DNA of 64,000 nucleotides from Anthoceros angustus (Eukaryota; Plantae; Anthocerotophyta): NCBI GenBank assembly GCA_010909165.1, contig MU008163.1, positions 1,426,001 to 1,490,000 of the forward strand, read 5' to 3'. Shown piece by piece: positions 1 to 11,202 of this stretch (position 1 is its first letter; each line of letters starts with the position of its first letter). The notes under the pieces were generated by a model. It saw only the letters and a program-made list of their open reading frames with translations, ran no database searches and was not told where the DNA came from. The position numbers and the translations under genes were made by a program.

Positions 1-99
1 ACCATGTACCTCTTATGGGTAAGTGGTAGATCTCTGTTCATCCCCAAGTAGGACCTGATTGGGGTGGTCGAATAATCGTTTGTCCTTACAGATGTGTGT

Positions 100-494
100 A
101 GTAGCACTAGAATCGAGGTACCAATTTCGGGATCACCAAGAAGAAGAAGAAGAATACATTCTGCTTGAAGAGAGTGGTCCATTCTAAAGTGAAACGATAG
201 ACGATATGAGGCGGGAAGGTTGAGCAAGAGCTGCAAGCGGCATCCTCTTCACTCATCTTGGAGCCCATATGTGTAAGTCGTGAACGGAGGTGGAAATTTA
301 CTAGTGTGGGCGCCACACCACTCTCCGCATCCTCAAGGCATAGAACTCCCACTTAAAAGCGCACAATGTCATCATTGTCTTCACCGCGTATGTGCCTTCT
401 AGTTGATTCCAAATTTCATGAGCTTTTGTCAAATATTCCACATCGGGGAATGAGGGCGTCGAGTCCGGATATCTAGATTGCAAGCGCAACACTA
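100..494 (-). mobile_element. Ty1/Copia gag (UBN2/Retrotran_gag_2-like), 3' portion, degenerate
   Basis: Minus-strand fragments VALAI*ISGLDALIP / DVEYLTKAHEIWNQLEGTYAVKTMMTL..FYALRM / RLTHMGSKMSEEDAA match the Copia gag pattern (AxEIWxxL...LKM...GxKMSEED). Confidence 0.75.
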
Positions 495-2244
495 AACACG
501 ATAAAGTTGCAAGGGGTGAATATACTGGGAAGGGGTTTTCATACAATATACACCAAAGGGGTTTCAATGGGTTGGGGAATCAGTGATCCACTGCATTTCG
601 CACTTGAAAAGTAGGGTGTACACCGAGCGGCATCGGTTTCATGGACCCGCCGTGTGTGCATGGTATTAGGAAAGGCGAGACACTGTGGAAGTGTCGAAAT
701 AGAGCCCATTAACTTCCCCAGTGCCGGTCAATCGAACAAAGAGTTGGTCATTCTAGAATTTGACACCATGGTGGGCCTCAAACCCTATGCATCATGTCCC
801 TTGTGCCACCGAGAGGGTATGAAATGACAGGAAAGGGTGGTAGAAATCATCCCTATATATGCAACTTTCACATTTTATGGGCGTCATTCGAGTAGGCGGC
901 CAGCGCCACCACACGGCAGCCTGGGGCGGCGCCTACACAGGAGGGAATTCCCCACGATCGTGTCCGCCCTGGAAGACATCGTCGCTGCCCTCATCTTCAT
1001 GGTGCAATGCTTCTGCCTCATGATCTCCCGTCGGCAGAGGGAACAATCCTCGTCTTAAGCTGCGATTGGGTTCCGCCATTTTGTCAGCGCGGGGTCTGCT
1101 ACATGGCTGTTCCCCATATCTTCCACGGGAAGGACTTCTCCTAATTGCCGCATATAAGTTAAGGTTCCGTGGGGTCGGTGGCACAGACGGCGGGATAGTT
1201 GGCGATACCACCGGCTTCAAAAGTGGAATTCCACCTCCACTCCTTTTACCTACATGCATGGTTCCCACCACACAGTGATGAGAAAAGTTGGGGAAAACAG
1301 CTATGCCAATGAAACCCAAACGTCTAACCTTACCTCCAGCAGTGGGGCGGTGTGCGATTCCACCAACATTGCCGGGCCGCTGGATGGGTTGTCCGGATCG
1401 CTGCCCATATATGGAAGCCGTGCGCCTCGATTGTGGTGGGCACGCGCCATCTCGCTCTTCTCCGCCCAAACACCCAACCGTTAGCGTGTATGGATTGAAT
1501 GGCGTGCACATGTGCATTTCAATGACACGGTAGCCGCACCTCTTCGCCTTTCCGTGTGCGCCGCGTAACATCAAGGGCTACAACTCGGGGAATAGGCGCT
1601 ATGGAGAACGCTTGCAGACAATGGAACAATAGCGACCGCGTTGAAGAAAGCTACCGGAGGTCCCCAATGTCCGCCTTATAGAACAAAGATGTATGAGCAC
1701 ATAATCGGGATTGTGTGCGGCGCCGCAATGTCGAGCATTTCTTCGCCGGGCGGCGCCGCCACCTGACATCGGTGTTTAATATCGCACATGGCAAAGGGAA
1801 TCCAGATGTGGTTTACGATCCGATGCAAATACACGGATATCAATCGTGACAAATATACCTATGCCTTATATCACATATATCACCCTTATGCCTATAAAAC
1901 CCGCAAGCCCTAATACGAAAAGAGAGCCAACTTAATCTCCGACGGCCCTTGAGTCGCAATTCTTTCCACTTGTTCACTCTGAAGTTGCGCCCGCCTCCGA
2001 TGTGTGTGTGCGCCCGTGATCGAGGTGTGTGCGCCGTGATCGCAAGGAGGGGCCGCGACCGCACTGCCTCCCTTAACCCGCTACTGCTCGCTTGCGCGAC
2101 GGTGAGCGCGATCGCTGAATCGGGAGATGGCATCCGGGAGGCGGCGAAGGAGAAGAATGCCTTTGAGCAACAGAGGACCTCCCTTTGCCCAAGCAAGAAG
2201 GGAGAGGAAGCAAGAAACGGACAGAAGGCACAGAGGATGGTGCA

Positions 2245-4835
2245 CCTAGTGCGCCACAAGGCGAGTGCATCCGGCGGCAAGATGAGCAACCTCCGCACAA
2301 ATCGGAGCGAATTCCACGCAGGAGGGGCGAGTGGTGGGAGGGCTCACCACAACTCGGGAAAGGCAAGCACCACGCGAGGCGAGGTGGGTGATGAGAGAAG
2401 TGTGCAGAAACGCCCGATGCCAGTTCCGATTCAATCGCCCTTCAACTACGAGGAGACTATGCATTTCAGGAGGCTGGCAGCAAGTATGCAGAGTATTCGC
2501 GTTGTTGAGAAGAATTGGATGATTTGCCAGGAAGAGGAACCGGAGGACGAGGATGCGTTTTGGACACCTCTGTTCAAGTTGTGGGTGGTGGGATACAAAG
2601 ATGCTTTGCCTAATCAGCGAGCCCGAGCAGGGTGGGTGATTTGGGCAACATTGGACATGACCAGTGGGCAGCCTGAAGCACAACTCCTTGTGGTGAGGAA
2701 GCCGCAAGACTTCACGACATTGCATCCAAACCCACATGCCTACAGATTGTTCCACGTGACATTTGCAGGGTTGATCTTTAAGAAATGTGCACCTTCACGC
2801 TTGATCGAGTTATTCAGAGACTGTCGGCAAGAGACATCGGTGAGTGCATTTGGGTGGCATGTTCTTGCTAAGCTGTAATGTGCATCCGTGTGGCTTATCT
2901 TGTCCATCCATGTTGGTTTGCAGGAGTGATGGGCAAAAGTTTCATTGTCACTGAAAGCTCACACAAAGCGTTTTAGCACATAGGCGGCTATGTCTATTCG
3001 CGATTCTCGGATAGCAAAGGAAATGGAGGGGATGATGAGACATCGGTGGAAAGCGAGCTTGGTCCATCCGATGAAGACGAGCGGACGATCCGGACATGTT
3101 AGGCCATTCGGATGATGACGATGTGTATTCGGATGTGGTGCGGCCTAGTGCGCCACAAGGCGAGTGCATCCCGTGAGCAACCTCGCACAAATCGTCGGGC
3201 GAATTCCACGGCGGGGGCGAGTGGTGGGAGGCTCACACAACTCGGGAAAGGCAAGCACCAGGCGTAGGTGGGGTGATGAAGGCGAGAAGTGTCGCGATGC
3301 AGTTCGATTCAATCGCCCTTCAACTCTGAGGAGACTATGCATTTCGAGGTGGCGGCAAGTATGCGAGTATTCGCGTTGTTGAGAAGAATTGGATGATTTG
3401 CGGGAAGAGGAACGGAGGGCGAGGATGCGTTTTGGACACCTCTGTTCAAGTTGTGGGTGGTGGGATACAAAGATGCTTTGCCTAATCAGTGAGGCGGTGG
3501 GTGATTTGGGCAACATTGGACATGACGATTGGGCGCACAACTCCTTGTGGTGAGGCCGCAAGACTTCACGACATTGCATCCAAACCCACAGCCTCTGATT
3601 GTTCCACGTGACATTTGCGGTGGTTGATCTTTAAGAAATGTGCACCTTCACGCTTGATCGAGTTATTCGAGACCGCCGGCAAGAGACATCGGTGAGTGCA
3701 TTTGGGTGGCATGTTCTTGCTAAGCTGTAATGTGCATCCGTGTGGCTTATCTTGTCCATCCATGTTGGTTTGCAGGAGTGATGGGCAAAAGTTTCATTGT
3801 CACTGAAAGCTCACACAAAGCGTTTTAGCACATAGGCGGCTATGTCTATTCGCATTCTCGGATAGCAAAGGAAATGGAGGGGATGATGAGACATCGGTGG
3901 AAAGCGAGCTTGGTCCATCCGATGAAGACGAGCGGACGATCCGGACATGTTAGGCCATTCGGATGATGACGATGTGTATTCGGATGTGGTGCGGCCTAGT
4001 GCGCCACAAGGCGAGTGCATCCCGTGAGCAACCTCGCACAAATCGTCGGGCGAATTCCACGGCGGGGGCGAGTGGTGGGAGGCTCACACAACTCGGGAAA
4101 GGCAAGCACCAGGCGTAGGTGGGGTGATGAAGGCGAGAAGTGTCGCGATGCAGTTCGATTCAATCGCCCTTCAACTCTGAGGAGACTATGCATTTCGAGG
4201 TGGCGGCAAGTATGCGAGTATTCGCGTTGTTGAGAAGAATTGGATGATTTGCGGGAAGAGGAACGGAGGGCGAGGATGCGTTTTGGACACCTCTGTTCAA
4301 GTTGTGGGTGGTGGGATACAAAGATGCTTTGCCTAATCGTGAGAGGCGGGTGGGTGATTTGGGCAACATTGGACATGACGATTGGGCGCACAACTCCTTG
4401 TGGTGAGGCCGCAAGACTTCACGACATTGCATCCAAACCCACAGCCTACTGATTGTTCCACGTGACATTTGCGGTTGATCTTTAAGAAATGTGCACCTTC
4501 ACAGTCGAGTTATTGAGGATCGGAGACATCGGTGAGTGCATTTGGGTGGCATGTTCTTGGGTTTCGGCTAAGCATAATGTGCATCTGGTGTGGCTTATCT
4601 TGTCCATCCATGTTGGTTTGCGGAGCGAGATGGGCAAAAGTTTCATTACTGTCTGCTGAGCTCACACAAAGCGTTTTAGCACATAGGCGGGCTATGTCTA
4701 TTCGCATTCTCGGATAGCGAGCGAAATGGAGGATGATGAGACATCGGTGGAAAGCGAGCTTGGTCCATCGATGAAGGCGAGACGATCCGGACATGTTAGG
4801 CCATTCGGATGATGACGATGTGTATTCGGATGCAG
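2245..4835 (+). repeat. Tandem triplication, ~0.85-0.9 kb unit
   Basis: cctagtgcgccacaaggcgagtgcatcc restarts at ~2245, ~3144 and ~3995; copies differ mostly by small indels. Confidence 0.9.
2282..2840 (+). CDS. Element-borne unknown ORF, probable first exon(s) of the cargo gene
   Basis: Globular-looking ~185 aa from MSNLRTN within ORF 1949-2878, ending at a GTGAGT donor (~2840) with a TTGCAG acceptor near 2923. No family recognised. Confidence 0.4.
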
Positions 4836-7055
4836 GTGAAGAGGAGATGCGAACTGCTTATGGAATATGCCGTGCTGGAAATTCCATGGATGTGGCAACA
4901 GAGCCCCACGAGGCGAGGGGCCGGCCGGCCGGCCAGACCGCCAGAGTTGCCGACGCCACCTAAGCGGTTCATAGGGTTTGCAAGGGAGGAGGGAGCGCGC
5001 CCGCGCCCGGCGAGGGGCCGGGAAGGCTGCCCGCCCGCAAGGCACTGGGAGTGGAAGGCGCGGCCGGCGCCTTCAAGGTGTCAGAGGGGTTCCTCCCTTG
5101 GCCCATGTCGGGCAAATAGGGAGAGGCCATGCAGGAGGAGAGGAGGGGCGCCGGCCGGCGCCTTCAAGGTGTCAGAGGGGTTCCACCACGCCCCGGGCAA
5201 ACAGGAGAGGCCATGCAGGAGGAGGGCGGCCGGCGCCCAGAAGCACCTCTCAGGAGGAGCATGAAGCATGTGGGGAAGTGAGGGAGGGAGCTAGGCCGGC
5301 GAGGGCCGATGCCATGGACATGGCGGTAGGGGAATCCGATGACTATGCTGTGCATGGTAGAGGAAAAGGGAAAGGACTTCCCCTGCAGATTTCACGAAGA
5401 GGGCCCATAGCGATGATCGTGGTCCTCAAGAAAAGAAAAGTCCGACCGATTGGAAGCTTAGATGGTGGCACCCATTGCGCTCATGTCCCAGATGAGGAGA
5501 GGTTAGAAGCGGTGAGAGATGAAGACCCTTTAACCCGTGTAAGGGAATCGGCGATGCGAAGAAAGTTGTTCGAGACAGGTGAAGAGGAGATGCGAACTGC
5601 TTATGGAATATCGTGCGGAAATTCCATGGATGTGGCAACAGAGCCCCACGAGGCGAGGGGCCGGCCGCCGGCCGGCGCCTGCTGTCGGCACTCGCCGAGT
5701 TGCCGACGCCACCTAAGCGGTTCATAGGGTTTGCAGGGAGGAGGAGGAGGGGCGCCGGCCGGCCGGCCGCCGGCGAGGGGCCGGGAAGGCTCGCCCGCAA
5801 GCGGACCGAGTGGAAGGCGCCGGCCGGCCGGCGCCTTCAAGGTGTCAGAGGGGTTCCTCCCTTGGCCCTGGTCGGGCAAATAGGGAGAGGCCATGCGGAG
5901 GAGAGGAGGGGCGGCCGGCCCGCGAGGGGTTCCACCTCCGCCCTGGTTGGGCAAGCAGGAGAGGCCATGCGGGAGGAGGGAGGCGCCGGCGGCGCCTGAG
6001 CACCCTCTGGGAGGAGCATGAAGCATGTGGGAAGTGAGGGAGGGAGCTAGGCGGCGGCCGATGCCATGGACATGGCGGTAGGGGAATCCGATGACTATGG
6101 CATGGTAGAGGAAAAGGAAAGGACTTCCCTGCAGATTTCACGAAAGAGGGCCCATAGCGATGATCGTGGTCCTCGGAAGAAAAGAAAAGTCCGGATTGGA
6201 AGCTTAGGCGAGGGTGGCACCCATTGCGGCTCATGTCCCAACAGATGAGGAGAGGTTAGAAGCGGTGAGAGATGAAGACCCTTTAACCCGTGTAAGGGAA
6301 TCGGCGATGCGAAGAAAGTTGTTCGAGACAGGTGAAGAGGAGATGCGAACTGCTTATGGAATATCTTGTGGAAATTCCATGGATGTGCGAGCCCTCTGGC
6401 GGGTCAGGCGCCGGCCGGCCGGCCAGACTCGCCAGAGTTGCCGACGCCGGACCCTAAGCGGTTCATAGGGTTTGCAAGGGAGGAGGGGCGGCCGGCCGGC
6501 GCCCGGCGAGGGGCCGGGAAGGCTCGCCTGCGGAGTGGAAGGGCGCCGGCCGGCGGCGCCTTCAAGGTGTGGGGTTCCTCCCTTGGCCCTGGTCGGGCAA
6601 ATAGGAGAGGCCATGCGGGAGGAGGGCGCCGGCCGCCATTCGAGGTGTAGGGGTTCCACCTCGCCTGGTTGGGCAAGCAGGAGAGGCCATGCGGGAGGAG
6701 AGGAGGGGCGGCCGGCCTGGGCACCTCTCGGGAGGAGCATGAAGCATGTGGGAAGTGAGGGAGGGAGCTAGGCGGCGAGGCCGATGCCATGGACATGGCG
6801 GTAGGGGAATCCGATGACTATGCTGCATGGTAGAGGAAAAGGAAAAGGACTTCCCTGCAGATTTCACGAAGAGGGCCCATAGCGATGATCGGGGTCCTCA
6901 AGAAAAGAAAAGTCCAGACCGATTGGAAGCTTAGGCGGTGGCACCCATTGCGGCAGTTCATGTCCCAACGGATGAGGAGAGGTTAGAAGCGGTGAGAGAT
7001 GAAGACCCTTTAACCCGTGTAAGGGAATCGGCGTATGCGAAGAAAGTTGTTCCGG
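4835..7055 (+). repeat. Tandem triplication, ~0.75 kb GC-rich unit
   Basis: caggtgaagaggagatgcgaactgcttatggaatat restarts at ~4833, ~5576 and ~6329; the unit is rich in GCCGGC motifs. Confidence 0.9.
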
Positions 7056-9055
7056 AGACAATGCTGGTGAAGCTGGAGAATCTAAGGCCAGCTTCGCATA
7101 TCACTCCGGATGCACAGATACGGAAGGTTGACGAAGCATGGACGAATTACTTGGCCCGGGTCATATCGAAGGGAGAATAGAGGAAGGCGTATTGCCTCTA
7201 CTATGTATGATAGACCCGGCGGAATGCGACAACATGGAAGCACTGGATTGGCAACGATTAAGGGCAAAAACTTATGTCATGGGAGTACTTGGCGGGAATC
7301 ACACTTTTGCGGCGATGAAGCATTTGGCGATATGGCACCGAAAAACGGTTTCGATGTCGAGGCTCACGTGTCTGCGGTCTCACACTTCAGAGATGCGGGT
7401 TCTAGCTAGACCACAATATTATGCCTGGACAAGAGAAGAAAATGTCTTTCATCGAGCGGTCGGTATCTCCGTGATGAGCCGCTTATTGCCAAGCGTGAAG
7501 GGTGCATATGACTATGGCATGGAAATTCAATTTGTACAAGGTTGGGCCTCATTGACGGCGAGGGAGAGAAGACGACGTTTACAAGCAAAACAAGGTGGAT
7601 AACAGGACTCATATACTTTGTATTGCAAAGCAAGAAGGGAGAATTTGGGAGAATATTGACAAAATATTTACGAAGTGGGAGGCTGGGGAGTTGCCGGAAC
7701 AGAAAAGACACACAGCAGCAGGCACAAGCAAGAAGGGCAAAGGAAAACGGAAGGTCAGGGAAGATTCCCAGAAGGTTGCAGCTGTATATGTGAAGCCGAA
7801 GGACATGCTAGCAAAGCCATGGAAGGCTTTCCAGGGTATACCTGCAGGCGAGTGTGGACAACAGATATTACTTACAGCAACGGAAAAAGTATTAGCTGGT
7901 CTGATAGACCTGAAAGGCATGGAGGACGACATCACTTTGCGGAAGAAGCTGCATATCATCCAAGTTGCTATGGCGAAGCATCTTGACTGCACATCGTTTG
8001 AGGAAGTCCAGACCGATTGGAAGCTTAGACGCGAGGGTGGCACCCATTGCGGCGCTCATGTCCCAACAGATGAGGAGAGGTTAGAAGCGGTGAGAGATGA
8101 AGACCCTTTAACCTGTAAGGGAATCGGCGATGCGAAGAAAGTTGTTCCGAGACAAGTGGTGAAGTCGGAGAATCTAAGGCCGCCGCATCACTCCGGATGC
8201 AGATACAAGGTTGACGAAGCATGGACGAATTACTTGGCCCGGGTCATATCGAAGGGAGAATAGAGGAAGGCGTATTGCCTCATGTATGATAGACCCGGAA
8301 TGCGACAACATGGAAGCACCGGATTGGCAACGATTCGTGGCAAAAACTTATGTCATGGGAGTACTTGGGGGAATCACACTTTGCGGCGATGAAGCATTTG
8401 GCGATATGGCACTGTGGAAAACGGTTTCGATGTCGAGGCTCACGTGTCTGCGGTCTCACACTTCAGAGATGCGGGTTCTAGCACAATATTATGCCTGGAC
8501 AAGAGAAGAAAATGTCTTTCATCGAGTCGTATCTCCGTGATGAGCTGCTTAGCGTGAAGGGTGCATATGACTATGGCATGGAAATTTAATTTGTACAAGG
8601 TTCTGGGCCTCATTGACGACGACGAGGGGAGAGAAGACGACGTCTACAAGCAAAACAAGGTGGATAACAGGACTCATATACTTTGTATTGCAAAGCAAGA
8701 AGGGAGAATTTGGGAGAATATTGACAAAATCTTTACGAAGTGGGAGGTCGGGAGTTGCTTAATGTAAAAGACACACAGCAGCAGGCACAAGCAAGAAGGG
8801 CAAAGGAAAACGTAAGGTCGGGGAAGATTCCCGGAAGGTTGCTGTATATGTGAAGTCAAGGACATGCTAGCAAAGCCATGGAAGGCTTTCCGAGGTATAC
8901 TGCAGGCAGTGTGGACAATGATATTACTTACGAAAAAGTATTAGTCCGATAGACCGAAAGGCATGGAGGACGACATCACTTTGCGGAAGAAGTCGCATAT
9001 CATCCAAGTTGCTATGGCGAAGCATCTTGATCGCACATCGCTTTGAGGAAGTCCG
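6915..9055 (+). repeat. Tandem duplication, ~1.09 kb unit covering the ParB-like coding region
   Basis: gtccagaccgattggaagctta occurs at ~6912 and ~8006; the second copy is more indel-damaged. Confidence 0.9.
6960..8010 (+). CDS. ParB/Srx-like domain plus helical region (frameshifted as assembled)
   Basis: Across frames: LVKLENLRP...IRKVDEAWTNYLARVISKG...LPLLCMID...YVMGVLGGNHTFAAMKHL (GGNHT at 7291-7305), later LA.xHN...KMSF. This resembles the ParB N-terminal fold with its G(N/H)HR-type motif. Confidence 0.55.
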
Positions 9056-9419
9056 GAGAGAATACCCACAAGATTCAACGGACGCTATGATCGCGGTTTC
9101 AAACACGCTTTCGGAAAGGTAAATCCTCCCTTGACCGAATTTTTCCTTTACCATCTGATGGAGGGCGCCGCCGGCCGCCCACACGCCATGATGCGGGCGG
9201 CGGCCGGCCGCCCACCGCTTGATGGATGCGGCGCCGGCCGGCCGGCGCCCACACGCCATGATGCGGCGCCGGCGCCCGGACATGGCGTGCATGTAGGCCG
9301 CCGCCGCCCTCCACCTTGTGTGAGCATGAAGGGTTTTGTCAAGCCGGCGCCCTCCACAGGATGTGTCCGTCGATGGCGCCGGCAGGCCGGCGCCCTCCAC
9401 ATGTGGCGAGCAAGCCCTT

Positions 9420-10260
9420 ATCTGTCCTTACGTTTTGGGTTTTATTGTGCAGCAATTAAAAGACATCGACAACCTGTCCCGGCTTCCAGAAGATTTCCAG
9501 CACTTCATTTTTGAGGTAAACAACTGGAAAGGGCTGGAAATTGAGCAGAGGGCCTTAGCGGACAAAGATATGGAAGACGGGCTATTTGTTTTCAACGTCC
9601 TAGCAGTCGACTCTCAAGTTCAGTATCAGATTGAGACCCGCAGTGTGCTGGACATGCGTGGCTATTTACACGCACGCCAGTACTCCCTTTTCGTGATGGA
9701 TGTGCCGAGGGGCTTCAATATAGGCCCAATGGATACAAGAATTAACGGGAGTATGATGTCATCAGTGTTCGAGAGTTTTGCGGAGAAGACAACCCAGGAA
9801 TTCCGCTTTATTGTGATGCATGGAGTGGAGGACTCCCACACGCCGAGAATGTATGAGAAAGTGGTGCGAAAAGGTGGGATGGTGTCCTTCGTTTGGGACA
9901 AGACGAACATGCACGCCGAGGGGTGGGTCAGTGAAACATTGGAGTACGCCATCGTGGTGTGTGAAGGAAGAATGTTCAAGAGACAAGGCCAACATGCTCC
10001 TGAAATCAGCGAGGAGATTCAATAATGGGAGATCCGTCATTACTCACGACACGGTTGTGAAGAAGCATGTATACTTATCTCACGACAAACGTGTGGTGTG
10101 CCTACCAACGGCCACTGGGCCTTATGCGGACGCCAGGAGGCATTTTCCAAAGAAGGAGAGTGGGTGGTTGATGCATGTTCCGGAGTGGCACAACTATCCC
10201 GGCCGCATTATTGAGTGGTCGAAATCGCTACATCAAGCGGACATGAGATGCGCGGGTTAT
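9420..10260 (+). CDS. Beta-class N4-C/N6-A DNA amino-methyltransferase domain (N6_N4_Mtase-like), frameshifted as assembled
   Basis: Motif IV-like YSLFVMDVPRG (DVPR at 9699-9710), then FVWDKTN and ETLEYAIV. Across two 1-nt shifts follow YQRPLGLM (from 10103), EAFSKEGEWVVDACSG (from 10137) and (S)GTTIPAALLSGRN, matching the SAM-binding pattern QKPxxL...FSxxGDxVLDPFxGSGTTxxAAxxxGR. Confidence 0.8.
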
Positions 10261-10972
10261 ATTCCCCAACAGATTCATGGGTTTGAAGTGTTACCAAATG
10301 CGAGGAAGAGCTTACATTTGATCCGCATGGACGAGGACCCTCGCCTGGGCCAAGGAAGTGTGCATTAGTGACAGCGCATGAAAGCCCAGTTGTGTCTTTC
10401 TGATCGAGAAGGAAGAGAATGAGCGACGATAACACTTTGGAAGAGGCGGCGACTTTGGATGCGCGTGGGGACATCTTGAGGCGGCCAAGCGACCGAAAGC
10501 GGCGTCACGGAGATTCTCTTGCTCGGAGGAAATAGATCGTTCGGCGAGGATACTAGGAATACTGCGTAACGTTCTTTGTAGTGTTAGATTCGGTTAGTAC
10601 AGGGCAGTTTCCTCTTCGCTCGGCGGAGAGTAGTTTGTTGTTTTCAAGTGAGCACAAATGCGAAGCGACGCTACTATGCCTGCATGCTTTTACTCCGGTT
10701 GGACAACAGTTTTGTGCCATAGTGCGTTTCACTGTCCATAGCCGTTTACAAAATCGAGAATAAAGCGCCGGCCGGCCGGCACCCTAAAATCCTTCCGCGC
10801 TGTCGTCAGCTGCTATACACGGTAACACGCACAGCATGCGCACGTTCTATGGTCATGTTCGTTATGTCCCTCCTGAAATAGGGGATATTCGGCCGGTGCG
10901 CAATCGGACAAGAGGGTTCACCCCTCTTCTAAGGGGGTTTGTATATTAACCCCCTTGCAACTTTATCGTGTT

Positions 10973-11202
10973 ACTATTCAAATTATTCCACTTGTCAACA
11001 TGTGTTTGTGTGACTTGAGCTGCTCCAGAAGGTGATGAGGCTCAAAGTCGAGGATGTGTTGTGAGATGTGCCATCAACCACCGCCCATACTCCTCTTGCG
11101 AAGGTTGGACATCATACATACACGCCATACTTCAAACCGAGTTCCATTAAACTGTCTCTTTCCTTCAATTCCGCCGTGTAGGGAGCAGCTGGGGAAGCCA
11201 TT
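10973..11202 (-). mobile_element. Ty1/Copia gag, 5' portion
   Basis: Minus-strand MASPAAPYT.. QFNGTRFEVWR.. GVWAVVDGT.. AAQVTQTHVDKWNNLNS, a typical Copia gag N-terminus (FxGxxFxxW). Confidence 0.75.

Larger units (their letters stand above)
495..10972. mobile_element. ~10.5-kb TIR-bounded DNA element with 4-bp TSD (ACTA), carrying ParB-like/DNA methyltransferase cargo
   Basis: Left end 495-525 AACACGATAAAGTTGCAAGGGGTGAATATAC is an imperfect inverted copy of 10941-10972 GTATATTAACCCCCTTGCAACTTTATCGTGTT. ACTA flanks both ends (491-494, 10973-10976). Excising the element plus one ACTA rejoins the gag frame. Confidence 0.85.

Noticed and set aside
4698-6870. Many overlapping Arg/Gly/Pro-rich ORFs
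   Set aside because: By-products of high-GC tandem repeats with few stop codons.
6960-10260. Bacterial or phage contamination as the source of ParB-MTase
   Set aside because: It lies inside a TIR/TSD-bounded insertion in a plant Copia gag and shows probable GT-AG introns.
497-10970. CACTA-family assignment from CACG termini
   Set aside because: With CAC ends the flanks (AAA / TTA) give no 3-bp TSD, whereas AACAC ends give an ACTA duplication and restore the gag frame.
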